This document shows positions 28,065 to 36,000 of a stretch of 64,000 bases of DNA, piece by piece. This DNA comes from Verrucomicrobiaceae bacterium (lineage in GTDB: Bacteria; Verrucomicrobiota; Verrucomicrobiia; Verrucomicrobiales; Verrucomicrobiaceae). The stretch is from contig JACKQF010000005.1 of NCBI GenBank assembly GCA_024232965.1, positions 249,632 through 313,631 of the forward strand. Reading direction: 5' to 3'. Made by a program: the position numbers and the translations under genes. Each line of letters opens with the position of its first letter. The stretch's first letter is position 1. The notes under the pieces were generated by a model. It was not told where the DNA came from, did no database searches, and saw only the letters and a list, made by a program, of their open reading frames with translations.

Positions 28065-28139
28065 GGTGGCTCGGGACGGAATCGAACCGCCGACACGGGG
28101 ATTTTCAATCCCCTGCTCTACCGACTGAGCTACCGAGCC
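28065..28139 (-). tRNA. tRNA-Phe (anticodon GAA)
   Basis: Reverse complement GGCTCGGTAGCTCAGTCGGTAGAGCAGGGGATTGAAAATCCCCGTGTCGGCGGTTCGATTCCGTCCCGAGCCACC. Anticodon loop TTGAAAA. Only 'CC' of the CCA is encoded, followed by T. Confidence 0.85.
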
Positions 28140-28217
28140 TCTACTTTGGGTGGGCCGCGATCTAAGCAAAGGATCAGCCCCTGCGCAACGTGTTTTTCAG
28201 CTTAACCCGAACTATTG

Positions 28218-28595
28218 TCACTTTTCTTTTGCTGCCCCCATCGCCAGCATCGCCCAAGCAGTCAAAAGTAGCACACCGCCAATCGGAGTAATCGCCCCTA
28301 GCCACTTCAGACCAGTCACGCTCAGCACATAAAGAGTACCACTGAAAACAACTACTCCCGCCAGCATTAGCGGCCACGCAAGGCGCCGACAACGGCGGTC
28401 GCCTTCAGATCCAACCATCGCTAGCGCCAACAACACCACCGCGTGAATCAGATGGTAGTGGCTCGCCGTTGCCCACGTCGCGGAAGTATCGTGCAGCGCT
28501 AGGGTGGCCTTCAATCCGTGCGCACCAAAGGCCCCCAGCGCTACCGCCAGAAACCCGGTCCAGGCGGAAATGACTGTCTTGGTGCGATCACTCAT
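28218..28595 (-). CDS. DUF423 (YgdD/TMEM256-like) small membrane protein
   Basis: 4-TM protein with GAFGAHGL...HYHLIHAVVLLALA pattern. Start set at the internal Met. Confidence 0.55.
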   Translation of the reverse strand: MSDRTKTVISAWTGFLAVALGAFGAHGLKATLALHDTSATWATASHYHLIHAVVLLALAMVGSEGDRRCRRLAWPLMLAGVVVFSGTLYVLSVTGLKWLGAITPIGGVLLLTAWAMLAMGAAKEK

Positions 28596-28612
28596 AAAAC
28601 TCAATCGATGCT

Positions 28613-30013
28613 TCAATCAAAACCTAGACGCTTCATCGCCACGGCGGCAGCCTTGGCTCCCATTCGCATGGCGCTGTGCATGTTTGGATAAGTAAACCCG
28701 CCTTGGCGACCCACACTTTGCAGGTTCGGAACGGAATTGACCCAATTCTTCACCTGTTCGAGGTGCGGCTCAAACCCGAGCGCAAATATTGGGTAACCGG
28801 TCTCGCCATGCAGCAAATTCACCTCAACGACGTCCTCGCGGCGGCAGATGTTTTCGAGCTCCAGATCCGTGAAAATACGATCCTTGGCATCGTCCGTTCC
28901 TTGCCATTTTTCATCGCCAATCTCGCAGGTCGTTTCGACAATCAAGACACTGTGGTCAGGCGGATCCACCACTAGACCAGCATTCTTGGGCTCGCCCACC
29001 CGGTGAAAGGCGCGATCGCGGTAGTAAATGTATAGACCGTCGATGCACTTCTCCTTTTTGACCAGCAGACCGTAGATCGCGATTGGCTTGTAGCGGATCT
29101 GCCGGGCCGCAGTCATCACTTCGTCGGCTGGAGATGGCTCAGAACGCTGCACCAGATGCGGCACGGGAATCGTGGAGATGCACTCATCGCAATCCAATTC
29201 ATGGTCCTGCCCTCCGTGGTGGTAGCGAATCTTCGTGACCTTACCCGTAGCTTCGTCGCGCACGATAGCGGTGACTTCTGCGTCCTGGATCACGCGACCA
29301 CCCGCCGCCTGCACCGCCTTGGAAATGCAGCGCGGCATCGCCTCGGCCCCAGTGCGGGAATAGTGCAGCGTCTCTTCCAGCAGAGCGCTATCCACTGCCT
29401 TCACGCTTCGATCTTTGATGCCGATCTTGCCCATAGCCCGCTTGATCACATCGACCGCGCTGAGACGTGGCATTTTCGTCGTGATGAAGGTCGCCGATAA
29501 CTCGCGCGGATGGATCCCCCAGTAGCGGTGGGTGAAATCGCGAAAAAAGAACTCATACAGAGGCTGACCGTAGAGCATGATTAGCGCCTCCTCAGCATCC
29601 TTCGGCGTCCATGGCACAAGCGCGCTGCGAATCTGCGCGGCAAACAGTCCGAGACAATAATACACGAGGGTAAAGAAGGGAATCCCCTTGATCATGTCCT
29701 GAAATTGCAGCGGGTATCGATAAAAGGAGCCCGCCCAGCGGATCTTTGCGTCCAGTTGCACGGGGATGCTCTCTTCCCCCATGATGGACATCATGTCCTT
29801 GTAGATCTCCTCATCAAACTCATGCAGCATGTGGCAGCCCAGATCATACCAGTTCTTCCCGCGCTTGTGACTTGTCGCCAGACCACCGGGTCGATCCCCC
29901 TTGTCAATAACCGTCACTGCCAGACCGGCGCGGCTGAGGACACGGGCGGCATACAAACCACATGGACCACCGCCGAGGACGGCCACGTGGGATTTCGGAC
30001 TGGGAGAACTCAT
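28613..30013 (-). CDS. FAD-dependent oxidoreductase (amine-oxidase / protoporphyrinogen-oxidase-like)
   Basis: N-terminal Rossmann dinucleotide motif HVAVLGGGPCGLYAARVLSRAGLAVTVIDKGDRPGG. Typical length of ~465 aa. Confidence 0.6.
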   Translation of the reverse strand: MSSPSPKSHVAVLGGGPCGLYAARVLSRAGLAVTVIDKGDRPGGLATSHKRGKNWYDLGCHMLHEFDEEIYKDMMSIMGEESIPVQLDAKIRWAGSFYRYPLQFQDMIKGIPFFTLVYYCLGLFAAQIRSALVPWTPKDAEEALIMLYGQPLYEFFFRDFTHRYWGIHPRELSATFITTKMPRLSAVDVIKRAMGKIGIKDRSVKAVDSALLEETLHYSRTGAEAMPRCISKAVQAAGGRVIQDAEVTAIVRDEATGKVTKIRYHHGGQDHELDCDECISTIPVPHLVQRSEPSPADEVMTAARQIRYKPIAIYGLLVKKEKCIDGLYIYYRDRAFHRVGEPKNAGLVVDPPDHSVLIVETTCEIGDEKWQGTDDAKDRIFTDLELENICRREDVVEVNLLHGETGYPIFALGFEPHLEQVKNWVNSVPNLQSVGRQGGFTYPNMHSAMRMGAKAAAVAMKRLGFD

Positions 30014-30232
30014 AGTTAATTCGGGAGAGACAGAGACAGCCTGTTGATTCGCCTGCGACTGGCTTGGTGTCAAGTGTGCCGCCGTCCGCATAGGAGAGAA
30101 TCCTCAGGCCACCCAAATGGTCAACACCATGCAAATACTACCTGCAATCCTTTCATCCATTTGTAATGGCCTTATTCGCGACTCTTGCCTAAAATCACCG
30201 CCAACAACTGATATCACCTTCCCGAAAATTCG

Positions 30233-30937
30233 ATGAATGAAGTCCTTCATGAGGCCCTAGCCATGCACAACCTCCCGGTCACGGTGCTTCTGGGGATCAT
30301 CCTCCTCTATTGGCTCATGGTGCTAGTAGGCGCGCTGGATAGTGATATGGACACCGTCGATATCCACGCAGATACCGATGTCCATCTCGACGCAGATGCA
30401 CACGTCGACGGCCATGCTGACGTTCATTCGGACAACGTGCTGGGTGGGCTTTTCATGCGTGCTGGACGGTTCCTCCGCCTCGGTCAGGTACCCCTCATGC
30501 TCGTCATGAGTATCCTCGCTATCTTCATGTGGCCCATCTCCATGCTGGGAAACTACTACCTGAATGGCACCGCTGACCACCGCAGCACCGGTTTTGCCTT
30601 GCTAATGCTTTTGCCAAATTTCATCGTTAGCGCCCTCGCTACCCGCATGGTCACCGCACCGATCGCTGCGGCTCTGAAAAAACTGTCCATCGAGACAGAC
30701 GCCAATTTGCCCATCGTCGGCAGGCACGGCCGCGTCCAGTCGTTCCAGGTAGATCAGACCTATGGGCAAATCGAAATCCCCACGGATGGAGCCCCCCTTC
30801 TTGTCAATGCACGCACCCTCGATGGTGCAGCCCCTTTGCCCAAAGGCACCCGCGTCATCGTCCTGGAGGCCACTGAAGGCCACCATTACCTCATCCGGGC
30901 ATTGCGCCCCGAGGAGCAAACCACTCTCACTCTTTAA
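30233..30937 (+). CDS. NfeD/YqiJ-like membrane protein with a C-terminal OB-fold and a His/Asp-rich low-complexity segment
   Basis: TM helices (VTVLLGIILLYWLMVLVGA, LMLVMSILAIFMWPI, FALLMLLPNFIVSALA). C-terminal beta-barrel pattern GRHGRVQSF...GQIEIPTDGAPLLVNART...GTRVIVLEATEGHHYLIRAL. Sits immediately upstream of a flotillin gene. Confidence 0.55.
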   Translation: MNEVLHEALAMHNLPVTVLLGIILLYWLMVLVGALDSDMDTVDIHADTDVHLDADAHVDGHADVHSDNVLGGLFMRAGRFLRLGQVPLMLVMSILAIFMWPISMLGNYYLNGTADHRSTGFALLMLLPNFIVSALATRMVTAPIAAALKKLSIETDANLPIVGRHGRVQSFQVDQTYGQIEIPTDGAPLLVNARTLDGAAPLPKGTRVIVLEATEGHHYLIRALRPEEQTTLTL

Positions 30938-30955
30938 CCCAACACCCCCTACCCT

Positions 30956-33046
30956 ATGAATGAGTTATCTACCGTCACCGACTCCTTTTTGTCGAACACC
31001 GTTATGGTCACCGGCACCAGCGTTGTGGTCGTCGTCTTCGGCACCATCATCGCCTTTTCTCGCTTCTATCGAAAGGTCCAGCAGGGCCAGGCGATCGTCC
31101 GCAATGGCGTCGGCGATACGCGCGTCAATTTCAACGGCCTCATGGTCTTCCCAGTCATCCATCAGGCGGAGTACATGGACCTCTCCGTCAAACGCATCGA
31201 GGTAGAGCGCCAAGGCTCCGAAGGCCTGATCTGCAAAGACAACATCCGCGCAGACATCAAGGTCGCTTTCTTCGTTCGCGTCAATAAGAGCGAAGAAGAC
31301 GTCAAGCGCGTCGCACAAACCATCGGCTGCCAGCGCGCCTCCAGCGTTGACACCATCCGCACCCTCTTTGACGCCAAATTCTCTGAGGCACTCAAGACCG
31401 TCGGCAAGCGCTTTGACTTCGTTCAACTCTACAATGAGCGCGATCATTTCAAAGACGAGATCCTCAAAGTCATCGGCACAGATTTGAATGGCTTCACCCT
31501 CGACGACTGCGCCATCGACTTCCTTGAACAGACCGCCATCGAGCACCTCGATCCCGACAACATCCTCGATGCAGAAGGCATCAAAAAGATCACCGAACTC
31601 ACTGCGACGCAGGCAAAACTCGCCAACCAAATTCAGCGCGATAAAGAAAAGGTCATCAAGCAGCAAGACGTCCAGACTCGCGAGGCCGTCCTCGAACTCG
31701 AACGCCAACTCGCTGAAACCGAAGCCAAACAGCACCGCGATGTCCAGTCCGTCAAAGCACGCGAGATGGCGGAAATGATGAAGGTGCAAGAAGAAGAGCG
31801 TCTCAAAGCAGAGCGCGCCAAGATCGCAGCCGACGAAGAGATCGCCATCGCCACCGAAAACAAAGACCGCCAAATCCTCGTCGCTCAGCGCAACAAGGAA
31901 CGAACCGACGCTGTTGAAATCGAGCGCGTCACCCGTGATCGCGACCTCGAAATCATCGATCGCGAACGCATCACCACGCTCAAGTCCATCGAGAAAGAGA
32001 AGTCCGTGGAAGTGGAGCGCAAGAACATCCAGGAAGTCATCAAGGAGCGCGTCGCCCTTGAAAAGACCGTCGTTGTCGAACAACAAAAGATCAAAGACAC
32101 CGAAGCCTTCGCCACCGCAGATCGCGAAAAACAAGTCGCCCTGACCAACGCAGAGAAAGCGGCGCAGGAGCAACTCATCCAAAAAATCAAAGAAGCGGAA
32201 GCCGCCAAGGAAGCCGCACAACTCGCCGCAGAACAGGCCGCATTTACTCACATCCGGGCCGCAGAAGCCTCAAAACAGGCCGCAGAAATGCAAGCTCAAG
32301 AATTGCTCACGCTCGCGGAAGCCCGCCAAGAGGCCTCCACCAAAGACGCCACCGCGACGAAGGCCTTGGCCGAAGCCGAAGCCGCACGCTCCGCCGCCAT
32401 CGGGCTTGGCGAGGCCCAAGTCCTCATGGCCAAAGCCGAGGCTTCGCAGAAGCAAGGCCAGATCGATGCAGAAGTCGCGCAGCTCAAACTCGCGGCGGAA
32501 GCCGACGGCATTACCAAGAAGGCAGAGGCGATGAAACTCCTCGAAAACGCCGGACGCGAGCACGAAGAATTCAAGCTCCAACTCGACAAGCAGAAGGCTG
32601 TCGAACTCGCCCAGATCAGCATTCAGAAAGATATTGCCGCCGCTCAGGCCGGGGTGCTAGGCGAAGCGATGAAGTCCGCCAAGATCGAAATCGTTGGGGG
32701 CGAGAGCCAGTTCTTTGACAAGATCACCAACGCCATCGGCAACGGTCGCGCCCTTGACCGCATGGTCGAAGGCAGCCGCACACTCACCGATGTGAAGGAG
32801 ACCTTTTTCAATGGAGACCCCGACTACTTCAAAGCCCAAGTGCGCCAGCTCGTCGATCAGTTCGGCGTCACCAGCGATGATCTCAAGAACGTCACGGTCG
32901 CCGCGCTCCTGGGCAAACTTGTCGGACTGAATCCTGACTCCGGCACACTGAGCAAGCTCACCAGCATGATCGGTGCTGCCAGTCGCTTCGGCTTTGCCGA
33001 TCAATCCGCTGGCAACCTCCTGGCCGCAAAGAGCGCAAAGAAGTAA
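30956..33046 (+). CDS. Flotillin / SPFH (band 7) family protein, YqiK-like, with a long Ala/Glu/Lys-rich coiled-coil
   Basis: N-terminal TM (VMVTGTSVVVVVFGTIIAFS). SPFH core (QAIVRNGVGDTRVNFNGLMVFPVIHQAEYMDLSVKRIEVER...ICKDNIRADIKVAFFVRV). About 250 aa of EA/KA-rich heptads. 696 aa. Confidence 0.8.
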   Translation: MNELSTVTDSFLSNTVMVTGTSVVVVVFGTIIAFSRFYRKVQQGQAIVRNGVGDTRVNFNGLMVFPVIHQAEYMDLSVKRIEVERQGSEGLICKDNIRADIKVAFFVRVNKSEEDVKRVAQTIGCQRASSVDTIRTLFDAKFSEALKTVGKRFDFVQLYNERDHFKDEILKVIGTDLNGFTLDDCAIDFLEQTAIEHLDPDNILDAEGIKKITELTATQAKLANQIQRDKEKVIKQQDVQTREAVLELERQLAETEAKQHRDVQSVKAREMAEMMKVQEEERLKAERAKIAADEEIAIATENKDRQILVAQRNKERTDAVEIERVTRDRDLEIIDRERITTLKSIEKEKSVEVERKNIQEVIKERVALEKTVVVEQQKIKDTEAFATADREKQVALTNAEKAAQEQLIQKIKEAEAAKEAAQLAAEQAAFTHIRAAEASKQAAEMQAQELLTLAEARQEASTKDATATKALAEAEAARSAAIGLGEAQVLMAKAEASQKQGQIDAEVAQLKLAAEADGITKKAEAMKLLENAGREHEEFKLQLDKQKAVELAQISIQKDIAAAQAGVLGEAMKSAKIEIVGGESQFFDKITNAIGNGRALDRMVEGSRTLTDVKETFFNGDPDYFKAQVRQLVDQFGVTSDDLKNVTVAALLGKLVGLNPDSGTLSKLTSMIGAASRFGFADQSAGNLLAAKSAKK

Positions 33047-33079
33047 GCAGGGAACGCCGATACCCCATCGGCAATCGCT

Positions 33080-36000
33080 ATGCCCGATTCTCCCACTACC
33101 ACCGCTGACCCAAAGCTCGAAGCAGGAGCCTACGAGGTCATCCGCACTCGTCTGACCAAGCATGCAGACGAACTGCGGCGACGTGTCGATCTGCTGAACA
33201 ATGACCGCAAGGCCTTGTTCGGCGGCATCGAAACCACTCTTGCATCGACCGTCCGGCTCACCACGGAAAACAACTGTGTTCCCCGCGATCTAGCCGCCAT
33301 CGGCCCGCAGCGGTTTGTTTTGGGCTACAACGTCCACCTCGGACTGCGCTCGCAGATGCAGGTCGCGGATGTGTTCGCCATCTACGATTACCACCCGGAA
33401 GATCACACATTTCATCCCAACAAAGACGGCCTTCTCAACGACCCAAAGTTCTCGGAAGACTTTGATTACCTCTACCGCTACTACAAAAACGCATCCTTCC
33501 TGAAGTTCCACCGCAATGGTCCCCACCTCTACATGGGCATGCAGGTCGGGCGTGATATCAGCGAGGTCAAGGTCTTCAAGTGGCTCGTCGATGACGACAA
33601 AGGAACGATCCAATATCTCGGCAATCGCTTTGATCACGAATTCGTCTTCCCCTCACCGCAGGAGTTCGAATGGAAGCGGGCGCGGCGCGAGATGTATCGC
33701 CATGGCGAGCATCCACACGTCTCCATCGAAGACCGCGTTTTCGTCGAAACCGTCGGAGGCGATCTGACCGTCAAGGTTGAAAACAACACCGCCAACGGCA
33801 AGGGCATCTATTCAGAGCCCGTCGAAAACAAAGACCAGACGCTCGACGACGCAGAGTTTCACTACGCCATCATCGGCAATCTGATCCTCCTCAAGATCCT
33901 GCCGTACCAAGAGAAGGAATACCGGCACCTCGTCTTCAACGAGCGCACCCAAGAGGTGCATCGCATCGATAGCATCGCTGAATCCTGCGTGCTGCTGCCA
34001 GATGATCACGGCATCATCTTCCCCAAGGGTTACGCGCTCCAGACCGGGGAAATCAAGAGCTTTGATACCGGCCTTCCAGTGATGCAATTCGAGCGGAAAA
34101 TTGCCTCTTCAAATGGCGAAGACACACTCTTCGTCTTTCATCATGTCGAAAGCGGCACCTACCTGCTCTATGCTTACAACCTGATTGAACAGGGCGTGGG
34201 CACACCGCTCATCAGCAACGGTTACAGCCTCTTTCCCACCGGTGAGCTTGTCCTTATTCAGGGCGACCCAGAGCCACGAAAGCATCACGTCATCCAAGTC
34301 TGGACCACTCCGTTTTTGAGTGATGGCGTCGCTGCTGCTCGGACCAGCGCCAATGGCTCACTGCTTTCAAAGATCGGCAATTCCGACATCGTCCGCTGCA
34401 TGGCAGAATGCCGCGGCGTGTTGACCCTACTGGCAAAAGAAGACAGCTTCAGTGGTCTCTACATCGAGCTATCACGACGCTCTGGCGATATCATTGATAG
34501 CTATTTCTGGATCGACAAACCAGAGACGCACCGCATCAAGGAGACGCTGGTCGAAATCAAAGGTGCCGCCGAAGCCGCGTTGGGCGAATTTGAAAAGGTC
34601 CGCCGTATGCGCAAAAACGCGCGCGACCAGACAGACACGCTCCGCACCAAGGTCAGTAAGAGCCTCAACGAAGCCTCCGGCACCGACTCCAGCGACATTA
34701 TCAGTTTTGTCAAACACCTGACCACACTGCGCGAACTGCGAGGCCAGGTGATCGCGCTACGGGACGTGCGCTACACCGTGCCGGAGGAGTTGACAGAGAT
34801 GGAGGAATCCATCACCGCGGGCACAGATCGCCTCAGCCAGCAGTGCGTCACCTTCCTCCTACGCCCCGAAGCACTTGATCCCTATCGCCAGCAGATTGCA
34901 GAACAAAAGGCCCTCATCGCCAATGTCAAAAAAGTCGCCGAAGCAGAAGAGGTCGAACAGGCCCTTGCGCAGTCCGGCACAGAATTGGAAATGCTCATCA
35001 GCGTCGTCGGCGGTCTGAAAATCAAAGACGCCACCGAGACCACCCGCATCATTGAGAGCATCTCAGAGCTGTATGCACAGCTCAACCAAGTGCGATCCGT
35101 GTTACGCAATCGCCGCAGCGACCTGGCAAAGGCAGAAGGCAGCGCTGAATTTCAGGCACAACTCAGCTTACTCAATCAAAGCGTCGCGAACTACCTGGAG
35201 GTCTGCACCACTCCAGAGAAATGTGATGAGGCACTCACGCGAGTGATGGTGCAGCTAGAAGAAATCGAAGGCCGCTTCAGCGACTTCGAAGACTTCACCG
35301 CTGACCTCACCACCAAGCGTGAAGAGATCTATACCGCATTTCAGTCCCGTCGGCAGGCCCTTGTCGAGAACCGCAACAAACGCTGCCAGGCACTCGGCCA
35401 ATCCGCAGAACGCATCCTCACCAGTTTGCGCAATCGCGTCGTCACCTTTGCCAAGCCCGAGGAAGTCCACGCCCACCTCGCCTCCGACGTCATGGCGGTA
35501 AAGTTGCGCGACCTCATCGAAGAACTGCGGAAGCTGGGCGATAGCGTCCGCGCCGACGAACTCGGCACACGCTTCAAGACCCTGCGTGAAGACGCCCTCA
35601 AGCAGATCCGCGATAAAGCAGATCTCTTCTCTGAAGGTGGTGATCTCATCCAATTCGGCAGACACAAATTCACCGTCAACCGCCAACCGCTGGAGCTGAC
35701 CACTTTGCCGCGCGACGGAGAATTGTTCTTCCACCTCACCGGCACCCGCTTCTTTGAAAAGGTCCAACATCCCGATCTCGACTCTTGCCGATCCGTTTGG
35801 GAACAGGCCGTCATCTCAGAAGATGCCACCGTCTATCGCGGCGAATTCCTTGCGTGGAAGTTCATGCAAACTCAGTTGCACAGTGATGCCGAGCCTACAC
35901 TCGAAGCCATCCGCGACTTCATGCACCAGCGCTATCAGGAAGGCTATACCAAAGGTGTGCACGATCACGATGCCTTCCTCATCGTCAGTGAACTGATCAA

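Noticed and set aside
26379-28139. Possible genomic island integrated at tRNA genes (HAD hydrolase flanked by two tRNAs)
   Set aside because: No integrase, no direct-repeat copy of a tRNA 3' end, and no GC-content shift. The genes are housekeeping-like (ubiE, HAD).
27969-28169. 66-aa ORF on the minus strand covering tRNA-Phe. Two plus-strand ORFs (27745-28128, 27959-28165) also overlap this tRNA.
   Set aside because: They coincide with a well-folded tRNA-Phe and have no coding features. The tRNA call takes precedence.
30965-32251. 428-aa ORF antisense to the flotillin gene. Other long antisense ORFs are similar, e.g. 11979-13358 opposite the PSD1 gene, 15184-15963, 19989-20744 opposite gspE, 22973-23668, 36824-37696 and 35255-35770 inside the giant gene, and 41775-42353.
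   Set aside because: High GC and strong third-position GC bias, plus GAG/GCC-rich coiled-coil coding sequence, suppress stop codons on the opposite strand. These ORFs have low-complexity translations (runs of D/L/F/G and similar), no start context and no independent motifs. The sense-strand genes have clear family signatures.
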